This document shows, piece by piece, positions 1 through 9,020 of a DNA stretch of 28,869 nt; the stretch's first letter is position 1, and each line of letters begins with the position of its first letter. The notes below the pieces were generated by a model that worked only from the letters and a program-made list of their open reading frames with translations, did not search any database and was not told the origin of the DNA. The stretch is taken from the NCBI GenBank assembly GCA_034189845.1, contig JAXHUB010000144.1, positions 1-28,869 of the forward strand. Direction: 5' to 3'. The stretch comes from Candidatus Cloacimonadota bacterium (GTDB taxonomy: Bacteria; Cloacimonadota; Cloacimonadia; Cloacimonadales; TCS61). A program made the translations under genes and the position numbers.

Positions 1-1
1 G

Positions 2-625
2 ATGAGTTGGGCATATTCACCAACTTATGGCAAACCACTTTCTGTAGCTCAAGGTATGATTGGTTTACTATCACGATTTGGCACACAGCTTGTTTTAGCA
101 CACCCTCCCGGTTATAACCTTCTACCTGAAATAACCAACTTGGCTCATAAACAAGCAAAGGCAAGCGGCGGCAGCTTCCAAATAACCAACGATATGAAAT
201 CCTCTTTTCAGAACGCAGATGTTGTTTGCCCAAAATCATGGGCATCATACGAAGTTATGCAAAAACGTAAAACATTACTTCATAATGGAGATAATGCAGG
301 TCTAGCAAATTTAGAACAAACCTGTTTACAGCAAAATGCCAACTTTCAAAAATGGGAATGTACAAGCGAGTTGATTAAATTGACCAATAAAGCTCTCTAT
401 ATGCATCCTCTACCAGCTGATATCACAGGTGTAAACTGTACACATGGTGAAGTCTCTAAACAAGTCTTTGAGGAAAATTTATTAGACACATACACCCAAG
501 CTGGTTTTAAACCTTACATAATTGCTGCAATTATCTTTTTGAGCAAACAAAGCAATCCCGCTGCTAAATTAGAAGAATTAGTGAATCAAAATTTACCACG
601 ATTAAACGCAAGGAGAAATAGATGA
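2..625 (+). CDS. ygeW: YgeW-family knotted carbamoyltransferase, C-terminal part (truncated by the window edge)
   Basis: WAYSPTYGKPLSVAQG, ADVVCPKSWA, LYMHPLPADITGVNC..GEV and KPYIIAA closely match recalled E. coli YgeW motifs. The stop overlaps the next ATG (ATGA 622-625). Confidence 0.9.
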   Translation: MSWAYSPTYGKPLSVAQGMIGLLSRFGTQLVLAHPPGYNLLPEITNLAHKQAKASGGSFQITNDMKSSFQNADVVCPKSWASYEVMQKRKTLLHNGDNAGLANLEQTCLQQNANFQKWECTSELIKLTNKALYMHPLPADITGVNCTHGEVSKQVFEENLLDTYTQAGFKPYIIAAIIFLSKQSNPAAKLEELVNQNLPRLNARRNR

Positions 626-2088
626 ACAATAAGAAAAAGATTTTGGAAAATACTGTAAAAAGATGTCGCGATAAACATATTATAATTCCCACCTACAAAC
701 AGATGCGAAACCCAGAATTGATTCCACAGAAAATTAAAGATAAACTGAAGAATATAGGATTATGGGACTTAAACTCTCTTAATCTTTTTAGAATTACCTG
801 GAAAAATGAGCCTGTAAAATTTGGAGGTGGTTTTAATGGTGTTAATTTCGTGGAAATTCCACCAGAACTTACAGGAGTAAAAGCACGCATAATAATGTTG
901 GTTGGAAAATATTTCCCAACTGGTTCACATAAAGTTGGTGCTACATTTGGCCCCCTGGTAGAAAAATTGATAGATGGTCGTTTTGACCCGACCACCCAGA
1001 AAGCTTTATGGCCTTCCACGGGTAATTATTGCCGTGGTGGAGCTTACGATTCCTATTTATTAGGATGTCAATCAATAGCTGTTCTGCCGGAAGAGATGAG
1101 CCAGGAAAGATTTGAGTGGCTGAAAAAAGTCGGTGCTGAAGTTTACGCTACCCCAGGTTGCGAAAGTAATGTGAAAGAGATTTACGATAAAGCTAAGGAA
1201 TTGTGCTCTGCCCGCCCCGATGAAATTGTTAATTTGAACCAATTCAGTGAAATAGGGAATTCAGTATGGCACTATGCTGTTACCGGACCTGCTATGGAAG
1301 AGGTATTCCAACAAGAAAAGCAGGACAACCAGCGTTTTGCTGGAATATTCTTGACCCAAGGTTCTGCAGGCACTTTGGGAAGTACTGAGTATTTGCGTGA
1401 GAAATTTCCGACTATCAAAATTGCTGCTGGCGAAGCTTTGCAATGCCCCACTTTGCTCTATAATGGTTTTGGAGGGCATCGTATCGAAGGAATAGGCGAT
1501 AAGCATGTTCCTTGGATTCATAATCTAAAAAATATGGATATGGTTATAGATATCGATGATGAACCCAATATTCAAATAATGAGATTATTTAATGAGTCGG
1601 AAGGCAGGAAATTCTTGGAAAAAGTAGGCATAGATTCCCAAATAATAGAAAAATTGAACTTGTTAGGAATTTCCTCTATCGCTAACTTGATGGGAACGAT
1701 AAAAATGGCTAAATACTACGAAATGAATGAAAAGGATGTGCTTTTTACTGTCTGTACCGATTCTATGGAAATGTATCAATCAAGATTAAAAGAGGAAAAT
1801 GAAAAACATGGCCAGCTAACAAAAAACAAAGCGGAAGTAATTTATGAAAAGGCATTGATGGGATTAAAAACTGATTATACACTGGAATTAAGCTATTATG
1901 ACAAGAAACGTATGCACAACCTGAAATATTTCACATGGATAGAACAACAAGGTAAAACAGTAGAAGAATTGAATGCACAGTGGTATGATGACAAGTATTG
2001 GAGGCGCCAATTCAATAAAGTTGAAGAATGGGATGAGAAAATCACAGAATTCAATGAAAGAACAGGCCTGCTTAAGGAATACGAATGA
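622..2088 (+). CDS. PLP-dependent fold-type II enzyme (Trp synthase beta/cysteine synthase superfamily), function unknown
   Basis: Putative PLP lysine in PTGSHKVGA, STGNY motif and Gly-rich QGSAGT loop. 488 aa, translationally coupled on both sides. Confidence 0.75.
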   Translation: MNNKKKILENTVKRCRDKHIIIPTYKQMRNPELIPQKIKDKLKNIGLWDLNSLNLFRITWKNEPVKFGGGFNGVNFVEIPPELTGVKARIIMLVGKYFPTGSHKVGATFGPLVEKLIDGRFDPTTQKALWPSTGNYCRGGAYDSYLLGCQSIAVLPEEMSQERFEWLKKVGAEVYATPGCESNVKEIYDKAKELCSARPDEIVNLNQFSEIGNSVWHYAVTGPAMEEVFQQEKQDNQRFAGIFLTQGSAGTLGSTEYLREKFPTIKIAAGEALQCPTLLYNGFGGHRIEGIGDKHVPWIHNLKNMDMVIDIDDEPNIQIMRLFNESEGRKFLEKVGIDSQIIEKLNLLGISSIANLMGTIKMAKYYEMNEKDVLFTVCTDSMEMYQSRLKEENEKHGQLTKNKAEVIYEKALMGLKTDYTLELSYYDKKRMHNLKYFTWIEQQGKTVEELNAQWYDDKYWRRQFNKVEEWDEKITEFNERTGLLKEYE

Positions 2089-3314
2089 TATTTAAATGTG
2101 TGAATTGTGGGGCAGAATATCCTGTTTTGGCAGAAAATTACCTCTGCCCCACTTGCTCTAAAAAAAATGATGCCAAACTTCCACCTCGAGGTGTGTTTAA
2201 GACTGTTTACAATTACCAAAAGATTCAAACATTAACCCAAGAAGATCTTTTTACCTATTTGGAAGAACACAATTTTCTCCCTTTGCTTCCCGTAAAAAAA
2301 TACCAAAGTTTTTCTCCCTTGCAAGTAGGCAACACTCCTTTATATCATTACTCTTTGCCGAATGGTATTGAATTTTTTTTGAAAGATGATTCTCAGAATC
2401 CCACCTATTCATATAAAGATCGGGCTTCCAATTTAGTTTCAGCATTTGCCAAGGAAAATGGCATAACTACTATTACTACAGCTTCTACCGGCAATGCTGG
2501 TTCTTCTTTGGCTGGTATTTGCGCTTCTCAGAATCAGAAAGCAATTATCTTTGTGCCAGCCTCAGCTCCCAAGGCAAAATTAACTCAAATAGTTATGTAT
2601 GGTGCCACTATAGTCCCAGTAGATGCCAACTATGACAGCTGTTTTGAACTCAGCATCTCTGCTTCCAAAAAATTTGGCTGGTATAATCGCAATACAGCCT
2701 ACAATCCGCTTACAATAGAAGGGAAAAAAACTTCTAGCTTTGAAATATATGCTCAAATGCAAAGGCATGTTCCCGACTTTGTTTTCGTTCCAGTGGGAGA
2801 TGGAGTAATAATTTCGGGGATCTATCGCGGATTTGAAGATCTTCTATTATTGGGAATAATAAAAAAAATGCCTACCATAGTTGCCGTACAATCTTCTGGC
2901 AGCAGTAATTTGATTAATAATTTAAAAACTAGTAAACCAGTTTTTGCTACTAGCAATACCATAGCAGATTCTATTTCTGTTGATGTACCGCGAAACTTTT
3001 ATATGACCAAAAAATTTCTTGAAAAATATGATGGGTTGGGAATAGTTGTAGATGATACTGAAATTTTGAAAGCGTCTATGAAACTAAGCAAACAGTTTGG
3101 TTTGTTCACTGAGCCAGCTTCTGCTGCTGCTTTTGCAGGTTATGTAAAATTTAAAGAAATGGCGAAACTAGTAAATAAAGAAATGGTTGTTGTTCAGCTT
3201 ACTGGAAGTGGACTCAAGGATTTAGATTCAATAAAAAAGCTCTGTGAGATTCCGACTCCAATAAAACCAAATTTACTAGAGTTAGATAACTTTCTGAAAA
3301 AGAGGAAAATATGA
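2085..3314 (+). CDS. Threonine synthase-like PLP enzyme with an N-terminal Cys4 zinc ribbon
   Basis: CVNC..CPTC, GNTPL, QNPTYSYKDRAS, ASTGNAG, VPVGDG, EPASAAA and LTGSGLKD are ThrC-family motifs. Confidence 0.85.
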   Translation: MIFKCVNCGAEYPVLAENYLCPTCSKKNDAKLPPRGVFKTVYNYQKIQTLTQEDLFTYLEEHNFLPLLPVKKYQSFSPLQVGNTPLYHYSLPNGIEFFLKDDSQNPTYSYKDRASNLVSAFAKENGITTITTASTGNAGSSLAGICASQNQKAIIFVPASAPKAKLTQIVMYGATIVPVDANYDSCFELSISASKKFGWYNRNTAYNPLTIEGKKTSSFEIYAQMQRHVPDFVFVPVGDGVIISGIYRGFEDLLLLGIIKKMPTIVAVQSSGSSNLINNLKTSKPVFATSNTIADSISVDVPRNFYMTKKFLEKYDGLGIVVDDTEILKASMKLSKQFGLFTEPASAAAFAGYVKFKEMAKLVNKEMVVVQLTGSGLKDLDSIKKLCEIPTPIKPNLLELDNFLKKRKI

Positions 3315-5455
3315 AAAAGGTTAGAAAATTCGATGCTATCCCTAAACTGAATGGCACCTATAAATTTATCGACGATTATTATAAACCCGATATGCTTCAC
3401 GGCGGATTTTTGTATTCAAAATGTCATCATGGTAAAATAAAGAAAATAAAATTTCCACCTAATTTCAACCGAGATGAATTTACCATAGTTTCTCATCATG
3501 ATATATTAGGAGAAAACATAGTACCCGAACCCGAAAAAGATCAACCTTTTATGGCTGAAACAGAGGTTATGCATTTTGGCCAAGTAATTTTGGGAGTAGC
3601 ACACCAAAACAGGCAGATTTTGAAAAAATTCATCGATGGTATAGAGGTAATTTATGAAGAACTACCGGCAATAACTGATATCGAGGAATGCTTGAGTAAC
3701 GAAGAAAATGCTTTTGGTAAAACTTTAGAAGTGAAACATTCAGCAGATATTGATATAAAAAATAATTTAATTCATACCAAAAGAGTATATCGCACACCAC
3801 ACCAAGAACAAGCTTATTTAGAAACTCAGGGGATGATGGCAGTTTTTTATCCGAATGACAACGTTATTTTCGTACGTGGTACAATGCAGTGTCCTTATTT
3901 TGTAAAATCAGCTTTGGATGCAATTTTCGGGAACTCAATTACGAAATCTATTGTGGAAACTTCTGAAGGAATTGGAGGAGCTTTTGGAGGTAAGGAAGAT
4001 TTTCCCAATATAATAGCAGGAATCACTGCTTTGCTGGCATACAAAAGTGGAAAACCTGTTAAGGCCGTGTTAGATCGTGCTGATGATATTCTCATCACAA
4101 CCAAAAGACATCCTTCTTGGGTAGAAATAGAATCTTATACTGATCCCATAACCAATAAACTTCTAAAAGTTAAGATTGACTATCGTTTAGATGCAGGAGC
4201 TTATCAAACTCTTTCTCCAGTAGTTTTAAGCAGAGGTGTTTTGCATGCTAGCAGTGGTTATGCTATTGAAGATTGTTATATAAAAGGACGTCTTTTTCGT
4301 AGCAACACACCTTCTAATGGCGCTTTTCGTGGATTTGGAGCTCCTCAAGCTCTCTTTGCTATGGAATCGCATATCGATAATATTGCTGCACAACTAGATA
4401 TAGATCCCTATATTCTAAGAAAAAAAAATGTGCTGAAATTAGGTGATGAATTCCCTACTACCCAACCTGTTATAGAAAATAATCTTTACGACTGTTTGGA
4501 AAAAGTGTTAGAAAATTCCAATTATCATAAGAAATATAGAAAATTTAAAGAATGGAATCGTAATAATAAATTAAAAAAAGGTATAGGGCTATCTTTGGGT
4601 TTACATGGGGGTGGTTACACTGGAAATGGTGAAAAAGTATTAAATTCTGAAATAAAAATGGTGATTGAAAAAAATGCCGATATCAATATTTATGTCGCTA
4701 ATACCGATATGGGCCAGGGAGCTCATACAACTTTAGCACAGATGGTAGACGAGACAATTGGTCATCCTCATTCTAAAACCAAAGTTATGCTTCCCAATAC
4801 AGACAAATCACCCGATAGTGGCCCAACAGTAGCTTCGCGGACTATCTATATCGTTGGTAACATGCTGCGAAATTTAATTAAAGAAATAAAAAAGCAACTC
4901 AGATTTAATAACTTGGAAGAATATGTAGAAAAACATCAAGATGACTTCCCGCTTGAATTTCATTCTCATTTCAAACCCGATCCTCAGGTAATTTTCGATG
5001 ATAAAACTTGCCAAGGAGTTGCTTATAAAGATTATTCCTGGGCTGCCTGTACGATCGAAATAACCTATGACCCACTAACCTATGAAATAAGTGTTGATAG
5101 ATGTTGGAATGTGTTGGATGTAGGGGAAACTGTTAATCCTGAAATTGCTCGCGGACAAGTAGAAGGCGGAGTTGTGCAAGCTATCGGCTATGGACTTTCC
5201 GAATTTTTCTATAAGAAAGGTTTTGGACGTAAATATGGCTTCACCGACTACACCATGCCTACCAGTATGGATATTCCCAAAATAGAAATTGAATTTATTC
5301 ATACAGACAATTCTATCCCCAAAGGATTAGGTGAAATCCCAATGGACTACCCGGCGCCTGCTCTGCGAAATGCTTTTCTTAATGCCACCGGTTTACAAAT
5401 AGATGAAATTCCCCTAACACCTGAAACAATTCTAACTAACTTGGGAGAAAAATAA
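3311..5455 (+). CDS. Xanthine dehydrogenase family molybdopterin-binding subunit
   Basis: HQEQAYLE, GGAFGGKE, GAFRGFGAPQ, DMGQG, QVEGGVVQAIG and GLGEIP (catalytic Glu). Confidence 0.92.
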   Translation: MKKVRKFDAIPKLNGTYKFIDDYYKPDMLHGGFLYSKCHHGKIKKIKFPPNFNRDEFTIVSHHDILGENIVPEPEKDQPFMAETEVMHFGQVILGVAHQNRQILKKFIDGIEVIYEELPAITDIEECLSNEENAFGKTLEVKHSADIDIKNNLIHTKRVYRTPHQEQAYLETQGMMAVFYPNDNVIFVRGTMQCPYFVKSALDAIFGNSITKSIVETSEGIGGAFGGKEDFPNIIAGITALLAYKSGKPVKAVLDRADDILITTKRHPSWVEIESYTDPITNKLLKVKIDYRLDAGAYQTLSPVVLSRGVLHASSGYAIEDCYIKGRLFRSNTPSNGAFRGFGAPQALFAMESHIDNIAAQLDIDPYILRKKNVLKLGDEFPTTQPVIENNLYDCLEKVLENSNYHKKYRKFKEWNRNNKLKKGIGLSLGLHGGGYTGNGEKVLNSEIKMVIEKNADINIYVANTDMGQGAHTTLAQMVDETIGHPHSKTKVMLPNTDKSPDSGPTVASRTIYIVGNMLRNLIKEIKKQLRFNNLEEYVEKHQDDFPLEFHSHFKPDPQVIFDDKTCQGVAYKDYSWAACTIEITYDPLTYEISVDRCWNVLDVGETVNPEIARGQVEGGVVQAIGYGLSEFFYKKGFGRKYGFTDYTMPTSMDIPKIEIEFIHTDNSIPKGLGEIPMDYPAPALRNAFLNATGLQIDEIPLTPETILTNLGEK

Positions 5456-5456
5456 G

Positions 5457-5930
5457 ATGAAAATAGATTTTATTTTAAATGATAAACCTGTAAGTTTGGT
5501 AACAGAGCCGATGAGACGTCTTTTAGATGTTTTGCGAGAAGATTTCGGACTAACTGGCACCAAGGAAAGTTGTGGTGAAGGTGAATGTGGAGCTTGTACA
5601 GTGCTTTTAGACGATAAACCCGTTACCAGTTGTATTGTAAATTTAATTCATGTGCAAAACAAAAAGGTGCTTACTTCCGAAGGAATTTCCCAAAAACCCT
5701 TAGGTAAACTATTAATCGACTGCTTTGATGAAACTAACGCTGTGCAGTGCGGATTTTGCTTTCCAGGTTTTTTGGTATCTTCTTATTATTATTTAAAAAG
5801 TGAGGGTGAACCCAATTTAGAAAAGATTAGAACAGCATTATCTGGTAATATTTGTCGGTGTACTGGTTATCAGAAAATCTTCGATTCTGTTATGATGGCT
5901 TGTAAAAGAAAACAGGAGCAAGAAAAATGA
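5457..5930 (+). CDS. XDH-family small subunit with two [2Fe-2S] clusters
   Basis: KESCGEGECGACTV...SC and QCGFC...GNICRCTGY cysteine motifs. Confidence 0.95.
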   Translation: MKIDFILNDKPVSLVTEPMRRLLDVLREDFGLTGTKESCGEGECGACTVLLDDKPVTSCIVNLIHVQNKKVLTSEGISQKPLGKLLIDCFDETNAVQCGFCFPGFLVSSYYYLKSEGEPNLEKIRTALSGNICRCTGYQKIFDSVMMACKRKQEQEK

Positions 5931-6742
5931 ATTTTTACAAACCCAAAAACCTAATAGAACTTTTTGAAATTTCCGAAAAAATTAAGGGAAAAAAGTACTT
6001 TTTGGCCGGGGGTACAGATATAAATGTGCAGATAAAAAATAAGATTATAACAAACGAACCGATAATTTATATTAATGAACTAGAAGAACTAAAAGGAATA
6101 CGTGAAACAGAAGAAGATCTAATTTTGGGAGCTTTGCTTAGTTATAAAGAACTTTTAGACTCGGATCTAATTGAGAAACATCTGCCATTTTTAAAAAATT
6201 CACTATGCAATTTCGCATCTCCTATATTACAAACTATGGCCACAATTGGAGGCAACATTGCCAATGGTTCACCCACAGCTGATATAATACCCCTGCTTTT
6301 GGTTTTAGATGCTAACATAATCTTAATGGCAAAATCCAAAATCCGTTATCTTCTACTTAATGATTTCTTCATCGGTTACAAAAAATTTAATATGAAAAAG
6401 AATGAAATTATAGGCGGAGTTCAGATTGCAAAAAATGCTGAAAAAGGATATAAAACCTACTATAGAAAAGTGGGATCTCGCAAAGCGCTTACAATAGCAA
6501 AAGTTGCTCTAGCTGGCTTGAAAAAAAATAACGAATTCAAAATAGCGGTTGGCAGTTTAAATGAATATCCCAGACGTTTACACAAAATCGAGGATTACCT
6601 TAATGTAACCACTTCCCCGGATTCAGTTAAAATCGAAGAATTATTGCAACAAGAGATCACACCAATAAGCGATATGCGCTCCGATAAAGATTACCGTTTT
6701 CAAGTGTGTCTAAATTTATTATTAAATTTTATTGAAGCCTAA
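5927..6742 (+). CDS. XDH-family FAD-binding medium subunit
   Basis: LAGGTD, ATIGGNIANGSPTAD and PISDMRS..DYR motifs. Confidence 0.92.
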   Translation: MNFYKPKNLIELFEISEKIKGKKYFLAGGTDINVQIKNKIITNEPIIYINELEELKGIRETEEDLILGALLSYKELLDSDLIEKHLPFLKNSLCNFASPILQTMATIGGNIANGSPTADIIPLLLVLDANIILMAKSKIRYLLLNDFFIGYKKFNMKKNEIIGGVQIAKNAEKGYKTYYRKVGSRKALTIAKVALAGLKKNNEFKIAVGSLNEYPRRLHKIEDYLNVTTSPDSVKIEELLQQEITPISDMRSDKDYRFQVCLNLLLNFIEA

Positions 6743-6948
6743 TTTGTAAAAAAATCGAAGATATTACCTAAAAAACTGCTTTCAGCTTTATATATTTCGG
6801 TATACTTGCATCTTTTACAAGTTACAGTTGAAAATTTCTGGTTCTGTACATCGAAAATCTTGCTAAAAGTACCGCCCGTTGCTCTGAATTCACCAATTTC
6901 ATAGCTAGTATTACCACACTTAGGACATTTGTATTTCAAATCTTTCAT
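6739..6948 (-). CDS. Small zinc-ribbon protein (DUF2082/YpzJ-like)
   Basis: CPKC and CKRC pairs, plus TGG..SKIFDVQN..F..VTC..C.YTE.Y as recalled for this family. Coupled to xdhC by ATGA. Confidence 0.8.
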   Translation of the reverse strand: MKDLKYKCPKCGNTSYEIGEFRATGGTFSKIFDVQNQKFSTVTCKRCKYTEIYKAESSFLGNIFDFFTN

Positions 6949-7754
6949 ATTTCTATTCTCCTTAAATGTTTTATTTCATCTTTCCGATAACGTATAGTTT
7001 GAATTTCTGCCAAAATAGAAAGTGCTATCTCAGCAGGCATACGCCCCCCAATATTTAACCCCACTGGCATATACAGATTAGAAAGATCATGTAGTTTGCC
7101 CAACTCCTCTTCTAATTTTTGCAGCATAGTAACGGTTTTTTGTTTGGAAGCAACCAAGCCGATGTATTTTAAACCATCTGTTTCTTGTAATACTTCTTTT
7201 AGCACAATATAGTCCAGTTCGTGGGAATGAGTTGCTATAATCACATAACTACCAGCAGGAATTTTATGTTTTTGGAAAAAATCTGCATAATTTTTTATGT
7301 GAATAGCATCTTCGAGATTCTTGGTAAATTCCTCTCGAATATCGATTATCTTTGGTTCTAAATCCATAATTTTCAACATTCCAGCTAATTTTATCCCGAT
7401 ATGGCCAGCACCAAATATATAAAAAGTAGGTTGAGGAGAAAAAAATTCATAAAATAATTTTACTTTCCCACCACAGGCCATATTGGTTGCAATTTCTTTT
7501 TTTGAAACTTGGTCATTTTCATCCAAATTATAGGCTCTCAAAGTGTATTTTTCATTTTTTATTACCTTTTTGGCTTCCAATTGCGCTAATTTTTCCAAAG
7601 TGCCACCCCCAATTGTACCCAAAGAATTTCCGTCTGTAAAAACTAGCATCGTTTTACCCACCTCTGCAGGTCCTGAACCTATCTTTTCAACTACTGTTAC
7701 TTTTACGAATTTTTTTTGAGCCAAAATTGCTTCTGCTATTTTCTTTTGTATCAA
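6945..7754 (-). CDS. xdhC: XdhC/CoxI-family molybdenum cofactor chaperone
   Basis: GSGP..G.TM, GTIGGG.LE, MACGG, FGAGHIG, ATHSHELD, YIGLVAS and PVGLNIGG..PAEIALSI.AEI. Confidence 0.92.
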   Translation of the reverse strand: MIQKKIAEAILAQKKFVKVTVVEKIGSGPAEVGKTMLVFTDGNSLGTIGGGTLEKLAQLEAKKVIKNEKYTLRAYNLDENDQVSKKEIATNMACGGKVKLFYEFFSPQPTFYIFGAGHIGIKLAGMLKIMDLEPKIIDIREEFTKNLEDAIHIKNYADFFQKHKIPAGSYVIIATHSHELDYIVLKEVLQETDGLKYIGLVASKQKTVTMLQKLEEELGKLHDLSNLYMPVGLNIGGRMPAEIALSILAEIQTIRYRKDEIKHLRRIEI

Positions 7755-8473
7755 AAATCCTCCTTCAAAAGCGTAATATAACGCTTTCCCTTTATTTTTC
7801 GATAGGGAGTAGCCTCTCGTATCTGCCTTTTTATCTTTAGCGGTTCATCGAAATACACACCACACAAAGCATCGATGTGATAATTGAACAAAACCGGTGT
7901 GAGCGGTGTTGTAGGCCCCAGTAATATGACATAGGAAGTAGATGCAACGTAGTTTAAAATGAATTCCAGGGTATGATTGGTAAAACTAGTAGATGTTATT
8001 GCTACCACTTCTGCATGGGGAAGTTTTTCTGGAATCATTTTTTCGGAAAAATCTCCCTTCTGTGGTTCTTTTTCAAATACCATTAATTCACTAAATTTAT
8101 TTTGAGAATTTTCCACAAACGGGAAATGACCAATTATTCCAACTTTTTTCCCTATCCCATATTTTTCTATTAATTTTTTGGCATTAATATGCCTGGCCTG
8201 TTTTTCATATTTAGAAAGAGCACTGTTAATGGCTGCCATTCCCAAAGAAGCTTCCAACCAGTTTTCGGAAAATGCATATAGAGCTAATTCCCCTACTTCA
8301 TGCTCGTTTAGTGGTATGGAATTATTTATCCCTTCATGTGGCAAAGATTCCTCTTTAACAGTGGTGGCAATACCTAGTTTATTGCTTTCGACAGCAACAT
8401 CGAAAACACCAACAAAAACATCTTTTACCTGGCTGTTTGGTAGGCTATCTACTATCTTTTCTAAAATTTGCAT
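7751..8473 (-). CDS. DUF364/DUF4213-like Rossmann-fold protein (putative metal or cofactor handling)
   Basis: EASLGMAAINSAL, VGIIGHFPF, AEVVAITSTSFTNHTL and LGPTTPL.PVLF are typical of DUF364. Confidence 0.75.
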   Translation of the reverse strand: MQILEKIVDSLPNSQVKDVFVGVFDVAVESNKLGIATTVKEESLPHEGINNSIPLNEHEVGELALYAFSENWLEASLGMAAINSALSKYEKQARHINAKKLIEKYGIGKKVGIIGHFPFVENSQNKFSELMVFEKEPQKGDFSEKMIPEKLPHAEVVAITSTSFTNHTLEFILNYVASTSYVILLGPTTPLTPVLFNYHIDALCGVYFDEPLKIKRQIREATPYRKIKGKRYITLLKEDF

Positions 8474-9020
8474 ACAGTTTCTTATAATCTTCCTTAGTAT
8501 CTACATCTTTCAAAATTGCTTTGTCTTCTACTTCTACCAAATTTGGCTTGAATTTATGCAACACATTTCTTAAATTAGAATCCTGTGGTTCTGATAAAAT
8601 TATATCCTTTAAAATTCGTTTCATCAATACTGGATGCCCTTTTCTGCCCTTAAAAGTTGGAATAACCACCTCTTCTCCTTTTTCCAATAATGCTTGGTAA
8701 GTTTGTTGCCTCACAAAAGGTATATCACCTGGTGTTAAAAAAAAATTGGAAGATGTGATCATATTAACTCCCGTTTGTACTGAGCTGAACATTCCCCGAT
8801 GAAAATTGGAATTGTAAACAGTTTGCACCTTGGAAAATTTGGCTACTATCGTTTCTATCAACTCCTTTTCATAACCGGTAACAACCCAAATTTGGTGACA
8901 AAATTGCAGCATTGGTTGCAAAGTATGCTCCAAAAGTGGCTTACCATTAATTTCAAATGTCATCTTCATACCACCAGCTCTACTGGAATATCCTGCTACT
9001 AAAACTATACCTTCTATCAT
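8445..9020 (-). CDS. mocA: MocA/YgfJ-like molybdenum cofactor nucleotidyltransferase
   Basis: VLVAGYSSRAGGMK, N.NF..GMFSSVQ.G, PGDIPF, GRKGHPV and DVDTKEDY. Confidence 0.8.
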   Translation of the reverse strand: MIEGIVLVAGYSSRAGGMKMTFEINGKPLLEHTLQPMLQFCHQIWVVTGYEKELIETIVAKFSKVQTVYNSNFHRGMFSSVQTGVNMITSSNFFLTPGDIPFVRQQTYQALLEKGEEVVIPTFKGRKGHPVLMKRILKDIILSEPQDSNLRNVLHKFKPNLVEVEDKAILKDVDTKEDYKKLYANFRKDSR

